DNA of 64,000 bases from Patescibacteria group bacterium (GCA_026415775.1 JAOAGL010000001.1:334233-398232), one strand, 5' to 3'. Positions 39,098-51,227 are shown, counted from the first letter of the stretch. Notes: generated from the sequence alone by a model not told the origin. Program-made: numbers and translations.

Positions 39098-40030
39098 ATG
39101 GAATTACAAAAAAATATTTTATTAAAACAATTTACCACTTTTCAAATTGGCGGACCAGCTGAATATTTCGTTGAAATTTCCGATTTAGAAGGATTAAAAA
39201 ATTCTATTCAAAAAGCATATCAACAAGACAAACCATTTTTTGTTTTGGGAGGAGGTTCCAACTTGTTGGTTAGTGATAGCGGATTTAAGGGTCTTGTCAT
39301 AAAAATTAAAAATGTGGGAATGGAGTTTCTAGAAAATAATAATCAGATAAAAATAATTGTTTTAGCCGGTACGCCCTTAGCGTTACTTCTTCAAAAAACT
39401 CTTGAAATGGGTTTGACAGGATTAGAATGGGCAGCAGGTATTCCGGGAACAGTGGGAGGAGCGATTTTTGGAAATAGCGGAGCTTATGGGCAAAGCATGG
39501 GTGAATGCATTAACAAAGTTTTAGCTTTAAACCCTCAAACATTTGAAATTTATGAATTTTCTCAAAAAGAATGTGAATTTTCTTACAGAGATAGTATTTT
39601 TAAAAGAAATAACTTTATTATTTTATCTGCTGAAATAATACTTTTGAGAGGGGATAAGGATTTAATTAAGAAAAAAGTAGTAGAATATATAAAAGAAAGG
39701 AGAATGAAAACACCACCATATCCCTCAGCTGGTTGTATTTTTAAAAATATTTCTATTGATAAATTAACACAAGAACAATTAAGGCAAATTCCGCCCGAAA
39801 AAATTAAGGGTGGCAAAGTGCCAGTTGGATATTTAATAGATCAATGTGGTTTAAGAGGAAAAAGAATAGGAGATGCTCAAATTTCAGAAATGCACGCTAA
39901 TTTCATTATTAATTTAGAAAATGCCAAGGCTGCTGAAGTTTATCAGTTAATAAACCTTTGCAAAGAAGCAGTTTTGAATAAATTCGGAATTAATTTAGAA
40001 GAAGAAATTCGTTATTTAGGGAATTTTTAA
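39098..40030 (+). CDS. murB: UDP-N-acetylenolpyruvoylglucosamine reductase
   Basis: FAD-binding N-terminus TTFQIGGPAEYF...VLGGGSNLLVSD. In-frame upstream ATGs at 39044 and 39077 lie inside the leader hairpin. Confidence 0.85.
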   Translation: MELQKNILLKQFTTFQIGGPAEYFVEISDLEGLKNSIQKAYQQDKPFFVLGGGSNLLVSDSGFKGLVIKIKNVGMEFLENNNQIKIIVLAGTPLALLLQKTLEMGLTGLEWAAGIPGTVGGAIFGNSGAYGQSMGECINKVLALNPQTFEIYEFSQKECEFSYRDSIFKRNNFIILSAEIILLRGDKDLIKKKVVEYIKERRMKTPPYPSAGCIFKNISIDKLTQEQLRQIPPEKIKGGKVPVGYLIDQCGLRGKRIGDAQISEMHANFIINLENAKAAEVYQLINLCKEAVLNKFGINLEEEIRYLGNF

Positions 40031-40059
40031 TAAATAGTCGTTTAAAAAATATAATTTTT

Positions 40060-40437
40060 ATGAATATTAATTATAAAACTAAAAATCTTGTTCTCGATGA
40101 AGAAATAAAAAATTATCTAGAAGATAAAATTAGTAGTCTTATCGAAAAATATCTTTTAAAGCTTGATGAAAAAGAAAATATTCAGGTTGATTGTGAGATT
40201 TCTCGAGAAACCCATCATCAAAAGGGAAATGTTTATTATGTAGAAGTTAATATGGAATTGCCAGGGCGTATTTTAAGAGCAGCAAAATATCATTCCGATA
40301 TTCAGAGCGGAATTGATGAAGTAGAGGGGGATTTAAAAAGACAAATTAAAAAATATCGAGAAATTAATAAAGCTAAAACACGAAAAGATTGGTTAAAATT
40401 AAAAAATTTTATCAGAGGAATTTTTAATAAAGAGTAA
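40060..40437 (+). CDS. hpf: Ribosome hibernation promoting factor / RaiA family
   Basis: 125 aa; MNINYKTKNLVLDEEIKNYLEDKI...YVEVNMELPG matches the YfiA/HPF fold pattern. Confidence 0.8.
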   Translation: MNINYKTKNLVLDEEIKNYLEDKISSLIEKYLLKLDEKENIQVDCEISRETHHQKGNVYYVEVNMELPGRILRAAKYHSDIQSGIDEVEGDLKRQIKKYREINKAKTRKDWLKLKNFIRGIFNKE

Positions 40438-40523
40438 TTCTTGACAAATTTCAAACTAAAAATAAAATTGATTATAATTAGCACTCAAAGGTCGAGAATG
40501 CTAATTTAAAAAATTATAAAAAT

Positions 40524-40811
40524 ATGCTCAAACCTTTATCTGATCATATTATTTTAGAACCTATCAAAGAAGAAATGGTTACTGAAGCCGGTATTATTTT
40601 GCCGGAAACAGCAGAAAAAGAAAAACCTCAAAAAGGCAAAGTTATTGCTGTTGGACCAGGTCGTATTAAAGAAGATGGGACAAGAATACCATTAGAGGTA
40701 AAAGTAGGAGATGTTGTTCTTTTTCATCAATATGGACCTTCTGAAATAAAAATTGATAAAAAAGAATATTTGGTCGCCAAAGAAGATGATATTATTGCGA
40801 TAATAGAATAA
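40524..40811 (+). CDS. groES: Co-chaperonin GroES
   Basis: [13 protein letters not shown]...[24 protein letters not shown] is the canonical mobile loop and fold. Confidence 0.9.
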   Translation: MLKPLSDHIILEPIKEEMVTEAGIILPETAEKEKPQKGKVIAVGPGRIKEDGTRIPLEVKVGDVVLFHQYGPSEIKIDKKEYLVAKEDDIIAIIE

Positions 40812-42515
<1,704 letters not shown>

Positions 42516-42526
42516 TAAAGCTTAAC

Positions 42527-42563
42527 AAAAAGCCCGAGTGTTGTCACTCGGGCTTTTTGTTTT
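42527..42563 (+). terminator. Rho-independent terminator after groEL
   Basis: AAAAGCCCGAGTG-ttgtc-ACTCGGGCTTTTTGTTTTT. Confidence 0.65.
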
Positions 42564-42575
42564 TAAAATAATATC

Positions 42576-43064
42576 ATGAGTAAAAATTATATTTTTGTCG
42601 CTATTTTAGATAATATTCGTAGTCTTCTAAATGTTGGTTCTATTTTTAGAACAGCAGAAGCTTTAGGTTTTGAAAAAATTTATTTAGGAGGAATTACACC
42701 ATCTCCCAATTCCGAACATCATAAAAAAATAATACACAAAACTGCTTTGGGTGCAGAAAATTTCTTGCCATGGGAAAAAAATTATAAAACCCTTTCACTT
42801 ATTAAAAAATTAAAAAAAGAGGGTTTTTATATTATTGCTTTAGAGACAATAGCTAAAAGCAAACCCTTAAATAAATTTTTAAATTTACCTAAAAAAAGTC
42901 AAAAAATAGCTTTAATAGTGGGAAATGAAGTGAAAGGAATAAATAAAAAATATTTAAAATATTGTGATAGAATTTTAAATATTCCAATGACGGGCAGAAA
43001 AGAATCTTTAAATGTTTCTGTAGCTTTTGGCATAGGAGCTTTTTGGTTAAAAAATTTAAAATAA
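42576..43064 (+). CDS. SpoU-family (TrmH/TrmL-like) RNA 2'-O-methyltransferase
   Basis: SPOUT motifs NVGSIFRTAEALG, IALETIAKS, LIVGNEVKGI, NVSVAFGIGAF. Confidence 0.75.
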   Translation: MSKNYIFVAILDNIRSLLNVGSIFRTAEALGFEKIYLGGITPSPNSEHHKKIIHKTALGAENFLPWEKNYKTLSLIKKLKKEGFYIIALETIAKSKPLNKFLNLPKKSQKIALIVGNEVKGINKKYLKYCDRILNIPMTGRKESLNVSVAFGIGAFWLKNLK

Positions 43065-43118
43065 CTAAAAAATTTGGTATAATAAATTTAATTAGTCGCT
43101 ATAAAAAACATAAAAAAC

Positions 43119-44159
43119 ATGAAAAAATTAAGAGTTGCTATAAATGGTTTTGGTCGTATCGGACGCGTCTTTTTTAGACAGGCATTTGATAATAAAAATT
43201 TAGATATTGTAGCAATTAATGATTTAGCAGATATTGAAACATTAACTTATCTTTTAAAATACGATTCTGTGTATGGAGTTTATTCCAAAAAATTAGAAAT
43301 TAATAAATCAGAAGAACACCAAAAATTAGTTATTGACAATAAAGAAATTTTGTTTTTGCAACAGAAAGACCCTGCTCAATTGCCTTGGAAAGATTTAAAT
43401 ATCGATGTAGTAATAGAAGCTACTGGTGTTTTTGAAAGTTTTGAAAAATCAAGCTTTCATTTAACCGCGGGTGCAAAACGGGTAGTTATAACTGCTCCAG
43501 CCAAAGATGATGATGGTAGTTTAAGTAAAGGAGCCACAATAATTTGTGGTATTAATGATCATTTAATTGAAAAAGTTAAAATAACATCTAACGGATCTTG
43601 TACTACTAATGCTATTGCACCAGCTTTGGCAATACTAATTAATTCAATTGGTATAAAAAAGGCGATTTTAAATACCACTCATGCCTACACTGCTACACAA
43701 AAAATTGTTGACGGTCCAGATGCTAAAGATTTGAGACGAGGCCGTGCTGGTGCAATTAATCTCGTTCCTTCTACTACTGGCGCGGCGATTGCCGTTGGAA
43801 AAGTTCTGAAAGAACTGGACGGTATTTTTGATGGCATTTCTATTCGAACTCCAGTACCAACCGTTTCTTTAGCTGATATTACGTTTTTAGCAAATAGAAA
43901 AACTTCAGCAGAAGAAATAAATCAAATATTTATAAATGCTTCAAAAGATTCTCATTGGCAGGGTATTTTTACAGTTGTTTCTGATCCAGTGGTTTCAACT
44001 GATTTAATTGGAAGTTCTTTTGCAAGCATTGCTGATTTATCATTTACTAAAGTAATTGATGGGGATTTAGTTAAAGTTTTGATTTGGTATGACAATGAAT
44101 GGGGTTATGCAACCTCTTTATTAAACCATTTATTAAAAATTGCAGAAATTAAAGAATAG
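43119..44159 (+). CDS. gap: Glyceraldehyde-3-phosphate dehydrogenase
   Basis: INGFGRIGR NAD-binding motif; active site SCTTNAIAP; 346 aa. Confidence 0.9.
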   Translation: MKKLRVAINGFGRIGRVFFRQAFDNKNLDIVAINDLADIETLTYLLKYDSVYGVYSKKLEINKSEEHQKLVIDNKEILFLQQKDPAQLPWKDLNIDVVIEATGVFESFEKSSFHLTAGAKRVVITAPAKDDDGSLSKGATIICGINDHLIEKVKITSNGSCTTNAIAPALAILINSIGIKKAILNTTHAYTATQKIVDGPDAKDLRRGRAGAINLVPSTTGAAIAVGKVLKELDGIFDGISIRTPVPTVSLADITFLANRKTSAEEINQIFINASKDSHWQGIFTVVSDPVVSTDLIGSSFASIADLSFTKVIDGDLVKVLIWYDNEWGYATSLLNHLLKIAEIKE

Positions 44160-44161
44160 TT

Positions 44162-45805
44162 ATGATGAAAATATTGTTGCGATTTATAAAAGAAAAGTGG
44201 GAATTGATTTTTCTCGTTATTTTTTTTGGATTATTGTTTTTTTATCTTTTATCCTCCCACATTCTTTACCCAGCTAATAATAATTTATATTCGTCTGGTT
44301 CAACTTGGGGCGATTTAGCATTTCACCTAACTTTAATTAATAGTTTTAAAGAAAGAGGTTTTGTTGCAACATTAAAAAACTTTCCAATTTATCTTGGAGA
44401 AAAAACACGCTATCCTTTTATTTCTGATTATATTTCAGTACTACTTTTAAAACTGGGAATAAATCTGCGCTGGTCTATTATTATTCCTTCATTATTGTTT
44501 CTAATTGGTTTTATTGTTTGTATTTATTACTTAGCTTTGAAAATTAGTAAAAAACGTTTGGTGGCATTTTTCACTCCCTTTTTATTTGTTTTTAATGGTT
44601 CGATTTTTGGGCTTTATTATTTTTGGCAAGATTTTAAAAAAAGTGGCCAAACCTTTATAGATTTTCTAAATCGGATGCCACTACAATATACCCATTTATC
44701 TGAACAAGGTATTGAATTTTCAAATATTATTGCTGATTTTCTTTTACCTCAGCGCGCTATTATTCTGGGATTGGTTTTTTCTTGTTTAGCATTGATTTTT
44801 CTTTGGAATTATTGGGAAACAAATAAAAAAAGGGAGTTGTTTAAATCAGCTATTATAATTGGTTTATTGCCTTTAATTCATACTCATTTATTTTTGTCTT
44901 TGATTTTATTCTGTCTTTTTCTTTTTTTAATTCAATGGCTTTATTTTAGAAAGTTATCTCTTAAAGATTGGTTGGGGTGGGGGATAATTATCTTTATTTT
45001 AGCTATAGGTCCTGTTTTGTGGCTTTTCCCATTTGGCAATAAAAGTTTTTTTCGAATTCAGTTAGGTTGGATGGCTAATGGAGAATTTTTCTGGTTTTTT
45101 TGGTTAAAAAATCTTGGCTTATACTTAATTTTTCTAATTGCTAGTTTTTCTATTATTAAAAAATACCCTCACGGAAATAAAATTATTACTTTTTATCTAC
45201 CTGCTCTTTTTATTTGGGTGATTTGTAATATTTTTATTTTTCAGCCCTGGGAATTTGATAATATGAAAATTTTTATTTTTTGGTTTTTGCTTTCAGTAAT
45301 TATAATTGCTTTTTATTTTAATTATCTTATCGAGAAAAATACAATTTTTTTCAAAATTTTATCAATAATTTTACTTTTAGTAACTATACTACCTGGATTA
45401 TTAACAGGTTATCGAGAATTAACATTGAGATTTGTTTTATATACAAAAGCTGATTTAGAATTAGCCGATTTTGTTAAACAAAATACGAAAATCAATGAAG
45501 TTTTTCTTACTACCGATCAACACAATAATCCGATTTCCTCTTTGGCTGGTCGCCAAATTTTAATGGGATATAGAGGTTGGCTTTGGTCTCATGGTATAGA
45601 TTATAAAGAACGTTTTAATGATTTACTTAATATTTACAATGGATCAGATAATGCTTATCAATTAATAAGCAAGTATAGCCCAAACTATATTTTGGTAGAA
45701 AAAAAGCCAGATTCTCCTTGGATAATTAATCAAAATTATTTTAGAAGTTATTTCCGACCAATTTTTGAAAACTCTTCATATGTGTTATATAAAATCGAAA
45801 ATTGA
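44162..45805 (+). CDS. Polytopic membrane protein (GT-C-like glycosyltransferase or YfhO-like; uncertain)
   Basis: 547 aa with about 12 TM helices and a soluble C-terminal domain of about 130 aa. Assignment is by architecture only. Confidence 0.35.
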   Translation: MMKILLRFIKEKWELIFLVIFFGLLFFYLLSSHILYPANNNLYSSGSTWGDLAFHLTLINSFKERGFVATLKNFPIYLGEKTRYPFISDYISVLLLKLGINLRWSIIIPSLLFLIGFIVCIYYLALKISKKRLVAFFTPFLFVFNGSIFGLYYFWQDFKKSGQTFIDFLNRMPLQYTHLSEQGIEFSNIIADFLLPQRAIILGLVFSCLALIFLWNYWETNKKRELFKSAIIIGLLPLIHTHLFLSLILFCLFLFLIQWLYFRKLSLKDWLGWGIIIFILAIGPVLWLFPFGNKSFFRIQLGWMANGEFFWFFWLKNLGLYLIFLIASFSIIKKYPHGNKIITFYLPALFIWVICNIFIFQPWEFDNMKIFIFWFLLSVIIIAFYFNYLIEKNTIFFKILSIILLLVTILPGLLTGYRELTLRFVLYTKADLELADFVKQNTKINEVFLTTDQHNNPISSLAGRQILMGYRGWLWSHGIDYKERFNDLLNIYNGSDNAYQLISKYSPNYILVEKKPDSPWIINQNYFRSYFRPIFENSSYVLYKIEN

Positions 45806-45821
45806 GTTATAATATAATCGT

Positions 45822-46277
45822 ATGCTTTATTTAGGAGCCGACCATGGCGGTTATAAATTTAAAGAAAAAATAAAAGATTTTTTACGAAAATCAGAAATTG
45901 AATTTGAAGATCTCGGTAATTTGGAATTTGACCCTCAAGATGATTTTCCAATTTTTGCTTTTCGGGTAGCTGAAAAAGTTTCTCAAAACAAAGGCAAAGG
46001 CATTTTAATTTGTACTAATGGAATAGGCATGTCTATTGCAGCAAATAAAATTAAAGGAATAAGAGCAGCATTAGTGACCACAAAAAAATCAGCCCAACAA
46101 TCCCGAGAACATTTAGATGCTAATATTTTATGTTTGGGCGCGCACACCATTTCCTTTTTGACTGCTAAAAAAATTATTCGCACGTGGTTAGCAACAGAAT
46201 TTTCTCAAAAAGAAAAATATATTCGTCGCTTAAAACAAATTGAAGAAAAAGAAAATGCATCTGATTCCAACAATTAA
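45822..46277 (+). CDS. rpiB: Ribose-5-phosphate isomerase B (RpiB/LacAB family)
   Basis: MLYLGADHGGYKFKEKIKDFL...ILICTNGIGMSIAANK is the RpiB signature. Confidence 0.8.
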   Translation: MLYLGADHGGYKFKEKIKDFLRKSEIEFEDLGNLEFDPQDDFPIFAFRVAEKVSQNKGKGILICTNGIGMSIAANKIKGIRAALVTTKKSAQQSREHLDANILCLGAHTISFLTAKKIIRTWLATEFSQKEKYIRRLKQIEEKENASDSNN

Positions 46278-46893
46278 TGAACAATCATTTGAAGCAATAA
46301 AAGAGAAAGTAAAAATAGTAGAAAATCTAGTTGATATGATTCAGCTTGATATTGCGGATGGAAAATTTACTTCTTATAAAACTTGGGATAATCCTGAAGA
46401 TTTGCTTACTTTAAATGGTTTTGTTCAATTTGAAATTCACTTGATGGTAGAAAAACCAGTTGAAATTTTTGAAAGATGGTTAAAAATTCCCACGGTTAAA
46501 CGTATTATTATTCATGTCGAAACAATTACAGAAAAAGATTTTGCCAAAATTTATACCATCACTAATCAATATCAAAAAGAATTAGGTTTAGCTATTGAAA
46601 GTAAAACACCATGGGAAGCATTAGAACCATATTTAGCTAGCATAAAATTTGTTCAAATTTTAGCTGTTTCGGCTGGACCAGCTGGTCAAACATTTGAATT
46701 TCACAATTTAGAAAAAATAAAGAGTCTTAAAAATAAATATCCTAATTTAATTATTGAGGTTGATGGGGGAGTAAATAATGATACAGCTCCTTTGATAAAA
46801 GCGGCAGGAGCAGATATTATTTGTTCTTCATCATACCTCTTTTCGGATATTAATAAGGTCGAAGAAAAAATAAAATTTTTAGAAAATATTTAA
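46255..46893 (+). CDS. rpe: Ribulose-phosphate 3-epimerase-like (TIM barrel)
   Basis: MHLIPTI...LDIADGKF...IIHVE...VDGGVN pattern. The ATG at 46255 avoids a long overlap; the ORF track gives an alternative start at 46240. Confidence 0.65.
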   Translation: MHLIPTINEQSFEAIKEKVKIVENLVDMIQLDIADGKFTSYKTWDNPEDLLTLNGFVQFEIHLMVEKPVEIFERWLKIPTVKRIIIHVETITEKDFAKIYTITNQYQKELGLAIESKTPWEALEPYLASIKFVQILAVSAGPAGQTFEFHNLEKIKSLKNKYPNLIIEVDGGVNNDTAPLIKAAGADIICSSSYLFSDINKVEEKIKFLENI

Positions 46894-46894
46894 T

Positions 46895-47755
46895 ATGCTT
46901 TTAACTGATGAAAAATTAAAAGAATTAAATCAGATTGCTGCTCAATTACGCTGCGATGTAATTGAAATGCTTTTAGAGGCAAAATCCGGCCATTCAGCTG
47001 GTACATTAGGAATGGCTGATGTTTTTGCTGCCTTATATTTCAGCGGCATTCTTAATGTAGATCCAAAAAATCCAAATTGGGAGGATAGGGATAGAGTTAT
47101 CTTATCTAACGGTCATATTTGCCCAGTTCATTATGCGGCTTTGGCGCGAGCCGGATTTTTTCCTGTTGAGGAATTAAAAACCCTAAGAAAATTCGGTTCG
47201 CGATTACAAGGACATCCCCATGTTGGCACAACCCCCGGTGTCGATAATAGTTCTGGTCCTTTAGCTCAAGGAGCTTCTATTGCTGTAGGCTTAGCTTATG
47301 CAGCAAAAATGGATAAGAAAAAATGGCAAGTTTATTGTATTGCTGGCGATGGTGAACAACAAGAAGGACAAACATGGGAAGCCGTAATGTTTGCCGGAAA
47401 GCATAAATTAGATAATCTTACCTTTTTAATGGATCGCAACAATATTCAAATTGACGGCTTTACTGAAGATGTTATGCCACTTGAACCATTAAAAACAAAG
47501 TACGAGGCTTTTAATTGGCATGTTTTAGAAGTAGATGGACATAATATTAGAGAAATTGTTGATGCTTTATGTCATGCTAAATCAATTTATGAAAAACCGG
47601 TAATGATAATTTGTCATACTATTCCAGGAAAAGGTGTTGATTTTATGGAGTGGAAACCTGAGTGGCATGGAAAAGCACCAAATCCTGAAGAAGCAGCTCA
47701 GGCTTTAAAACAACTGCGTACTTTACAAGGTCGAATTACAAGCGAAGCAGAATAA
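46895..47755 (+). CDS. Transketolase, N-terminal (thiamine-PP-binding) subunit
   Basis: GHSAGTLGMADVFAALYF and GDGEQQEGQTWEA TPP-binding motifs; 286 aa, the split-tkt type. Confidence 0.9.
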   Translation: MLLTDEKLKELNQIAAQLRCDVIEMLLEAKSGHSAGTLGMADVFAALYFSGILNVDPKNPNWEDRDRVILSNGHICPVHYAALARAGFFPVEELKTLRKFGSRLQGHPHVGTTPGVDNSSGPLAQGASIAVGLAYAAKMDKKKWQVYCIAGDGEQQEGQTWEAVMFAGKHKLDNLTFLMDRNNIQIDGFTEDVMPLEPLKTKYEAFNWHVLEVDGHNIREIVDALCHAKSIYEKPVMIICHTIPGKGVDFMEWKPEWHGKAPNPEEAAQALKQLRTLQGRITSEAE

Positions 47756-47758
47756 AAT

Positions 47759-48748
47759 ATGATTAACCCAAACGCAAAACTTAATCCAAAATTATTTGAT
47801 GCTGATGTTGAACAAAAACCAACTCGTGATGGTTATGGCGAAGGAATGGTAATTGCTGGTAAAGAAAATCCTAATGTGGTTGTTCTATGTGCAGATTTAT
47901 CTGATTCAACTCGAGCAGCTATGTTTCAAAAAGTTTTTCCAGAACGTTTTATTGAAACGGGCATTGCTGAACAAAATATGATGGGATTAGCAGCGGGGTT
48001 AGCATTAGCTGGTAAAATTCCGTTTGTTTCAACATATGCTGTTTTTTGTCCTGGTCGGAATTGGGATCAATTACGCGTCAGTGTTTGTTATTCTAATGCC
48101 AATGTTAAAGTTACGGGCGCTCATGCTGGAGTATCAGTTGGTCCTGATGGCGCAACACATCAAGGATTAGAAGATATTGCTATTACTCGTTGTATTCCTA
48201 ATTTAGTTGTTATTGCGCCATGTGATGTAATTGAAACTCGAAAAGCCACTGTTGCTGCTGCTCGCTACGTTGGACCTGTTTATCTTCGTTTTGCTAGAGA
48301 AAAAACACCAATTATTACAACTGAAGAAACACCTTTTGAAATTGGCAAAGCTACTATTTTCCGCGATGGAAAGGATGTGGCAATTATTGGATGCGGACCA
48401 TTGCTTTATAATGCTATGCTTGCCGCTGAAGAATTAGCAAAAGAAGGGATTGATGTAATGGTTATAAATAACCATACTATAAAACCAATTGATAAAGAGA
48501 CAATTATTGCAGCTGCACAAAAATGCGGAGCAATAGTAACAGTAGAAGATCATCAAATTATGGGAGGAATGGGTTCGGCAGTGGCAGAAGTTTTAGCTCA
48601 ATATTATCCCGTGCCTATAGAATTTATTGGAATGAGAGATAGATTTGGCGAATCAGGTGATCCTAATGAATTGATTGAAGCTTTTGGAATGGGTAAAAAT
48701 GCTATAAAAGAAGCAGTAAAAAAAGTATTACAAAGAAAACAAAAATAA
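47759..48748 (+). CDS. Transketolase, C-terminal (pyrimidine-binding) subunit
   Basis: 329 aa; ...FIETGIAEQNMMGLAAGLAL...; pairs with the upstream N-terminal subunit. Confidence 0.9.
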   Translation: MINPNAKLNPKLFDADVEQKPTRDGYGEGMVIAGKENPNVVVLCADLSDSTRAAMFQKVFPERFIETGIAEQNMMGLAAGLALAGKIPFVSTYAVFCPGRNWDQLRVSVCYSNANVKVTGAHAGVSVGPDGATHQGLEDIAITRCIPNLVVIAPCDVIETRKATVAAARYVGPVYLRFAREKTPIITTEETPFEIGKATIFRDGKDVAIIGCGPLLYNAMLAAEELAKEGIDVMVINNHTIKPIDKETIIAAAQKCGAIVTVEDHQIMGGMGSAVAEVLAQYYPVPIEFIGMRDRFGESGDPNELIEAFGMGKNAIKEAVKKVLQRKQK

Positions 48749-50023
48749 ATGAAGTATATTGCATCAAACAACAAACATCCTAAAAAAAATCAAAGAGGAT
48801 TTACTCTTTTTGAGTTATTAATTGCTGTTTCTGTGGTAGCGATAGTAATGACTATTACTGTGGTTACTTTGAATCCGGCCGAATATTTAAGAAAAGCCCG
48901 CGATACTAAAAGAATTAGTGATTTAACAAATTTACAGTTAGCATTACAACTCGTATCGACTGATAGAAACATTTCAATGGGTGTTTGCGATGGAACAAAA
49001 ATTTATGCTTCAGTTCCTTCGGAAACTCCTTTATCTAATGATAATCTACCCGCGGGCGTATCGTGGGTGCAAGTTTCACAAAGCAATTTAATGAAAAACG
49101 ATGGAACAGGTTGGATTCCAATTGATTTTAGAAGTTTTTCTTCAAAAGGAATTCAATTGCCAGCGCTGCCAATAGACCCAAAAAATTCAGCAAATGAGTA
49201 TTTATTTTATACTTATACCTGCAATAGTAATCGTCAATTTGTTTTAACTGCCTGGTTTGAATCACAAGCTTTTGGTCCAAAAGGACAAGATCCAAAAAGC
49301 AAAAAAGATAATGGCCCAGACCCTTATTTGTATGAAGTAGGAAGTAATTTATTTATTCATCCTTTAAAACCAGTGGGTTATTGGCCATTAGATGAAGGAG
49401 TGGGATCAACAACTGCTGATTTATCTGGTAATAATGTTAACATGCAGGTAAAAAATTTGGTTAATTGGGTGGATGGTGTTTCTGGTAAGGCAATTCAAAT
49501 GGACCCTTCTGTTTCAACTTCTTGTGTAAATCAAGATGCAGGAGTATACACGGGTACTTTACCCGATAATATCAAAAATCTGCCCAGTTATAAATTTACT
49601 TATGAGTGGTTAAATTTAACAACTCAATCGGGACAAACACGTGTTCATTTGCCTACTGTTATAATAAGTGGTTGTGGGAATTGTAGTATATGGACGCGAT
49701 ATGCCGATGTTTGGATTGCTAATAGTGCCCAACAAAATACTTCAATTATTTTTTCACCTCCTTCTCACAATAGCTGGCATCATTTTGTACTTACTTTTGA
49801 TAAAATTAATCTTAATAGTAAACTTTTTATAGATAACTCTTTAGCAGGACAAAGTAATTTAATTAGTGGAAGCGATTATGGAACTGTTCAATGGTTATCA
49901 TTTGGTGTTTACCTTCCTATTTGTGTCGATTCTATACCAGGTGAAAAAATAGACGAAGTTTTACTATATAATCGCACATTATCACCAGCTGAAATCAATC
50001 GTCATTATCAATTAATAAAATAG
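48749..50023 (+). CDS. Type IV pilin-like protein with C-terminal LamG / concanavalin A-like lectin domain (paralog of 20973-22208)
   Basis: Canonical prepilin N-terminus QRGFTLFELLIAVSVVAIV; C-terminal ...IDEVLLYNRTLSPAEINRHYQ. Confidence 0.65.
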   Translation: MKYIASNNKHPKKNQRGFTLFELLIAVSVVAIVMTITVVTLNPAEYLRKARDTKRISDLTNLQLALQLVSTDRNISMGVCDGTKIYASVPSETPLSNDNLPAGVSWVQVSQSNLMKNDGTGWIPIDFRSFSSKGIQLPALPIDPKNSANEYLFYTYTCNSNRQFVLTAWFESQAFGPKGQDPKSKKDNGPDPYLYEVGSNLFIHPLKPVGYWPLDEGVGSTTADLSGNNVNMQVKNLVNWVDGVSGKAIQMDPSVSTSCVNQDAGVYTGTLPDNIKNLPSYKFTYEWLNLTTQSGQTRVHLPTVIISGCGNCSIWTRYADVWIANSAQQNTSIIFSPPSHNSWHHFVLTFDKINLNSKLFIDNSLAGQSNLISGSDYGTVQWLSFGVYLPICVDSIPGEKIDEVLLYNRTLSPAEINRHYQLIK

Positions 50024-50053
50024 GTCACATAAAAAAATAAATATTTAAAGATT

Positions 50054-51088
50054 ATGTACGATATAATTTCAATTGGATCAGCAACAAGGGATGGATTTTT
50101 TGAAGGAATTCCTTTTGTTGTTGTAAAGGATAAAAGATTTAGAGTCGGAAAGGGGATAGCCCTACCTTATGGAGGAAAAGTAAAAGTGCCTAAAATAACT
50201 TTTACAACGGGCGGAGGAGGAACTAATACGGCTGTTACTTTTGCCCGACAAGGATTAAAAACAGCATGTATTTTTCGTGTGGGAAAAGATGTAAGCGGGG
50301 AAGAAATAATTAGAAATCTTCAAAGAGAAAAAGTTGATACTTTATATGTACAAATCGACAAAAACACCCCAACAGCCTATTCTGTAATTTTTTTAACTGA
50401 AACAGGCGAAAGAACAATTTTAAGCTACAAAGGCGCTGGTGAAAATATATCTGAAAAAGAAATTCCGTGGAACAAACTAAAAACAAGATGGTTATATTTA
50501 AATTCACTTGGTGGAAATTTAAATTTGTTAAAAAAATCTCTTTGGTTTGCCCAAAAAAATAATATTTTTGTAGCGGCTAATCCCGGTGGTGGAGAACTAG
50601 AAAATTTAAAAAAACACAAAGAATTATTGAAATATTTTGATATTTTCATTGTAAACCAAGAAGAAGCTTCTTATTTAACAGATATCCCTTATCAAAAAGA
50701 AAATCTTGTTTTTCAAAAATTAGATGAGCTAATACAAGGATTGGTAGTAATGACTAAAGGACCAGATGGCGTTTCTGTTTCCAATGGTAAAACATTATGG
50801 CAAGCTGGTACTTATCCTGAAAAAAGAATAGTTGATCGCACTGGCGCTGGCGATGCTTTTGCTTCAGGTTTTGTTTCTGTTTTTGCTAAAGAAAAAATTA
50901 AAAAAGCAGGATTTCGTAGTATTTTCCAAGATGAGAAAATTAAAGAGGCAATTAAGGTTGGAAGTGCGAATGGCACTTCTGTTGTGGAATATGTGGGTGC
51001 CAAAACGGGAATTCTCTATAAAAAAGATTTAGGTAATAAAAGATGGAAAAAATTGCCATTGAAAATATTTTCTTTGACAAATAATTAA
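50054..51088 (+). CDS. PfkB-family carbohydrate/nucleoside kinase (ribokinase-like)
   Basis: N-terminal DIISIGSATRD and C-terminal anion hole TGAGDAFASGF. Confidence 0.8.
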   Translation: MYDIISIGSATRDGFFEGIPFVVVKDKRFRVGKGIALPYGGKVKVPKITFTTGGGGTNTAVTFARQGLKTACIFRVGKDVSGEEIIRNLQREKVDTLYVQIDKNTPTAYSVIFLTETGERTILSYKGAGENISEKEIPWNKLKTRWLYLNSLGGNLNLLKKSLWFAQKNNIFVAANPGGGELENLKKHKELLKYFDIFIVNQEEASYLTDIPYQKENLVFQKLDELIQGLVVMTKGPDGVSVSNGKTLWQAGTYPEKRIVDRTGAGDAFASGFVSVFAKEKIKKAGFRSIFQDEKIKEAIKVGSANGTSVVEYVGAKTGILYKKDLGNKRWKKLPLKIFSLTNN

Positions 51089-51227
51089 TTTTCAGTTAAA
51101 ATAAGAGTGTTTTAAAACAAGGTCGGAAAAATCGTTTTATCTAATTTAGTTATTTTCATAATAAAATAACGGAAGATCAATAAAACGGAAATAAGTGTAC
51201 CAGGGAAATAATCAAGGAGAAAGACAG

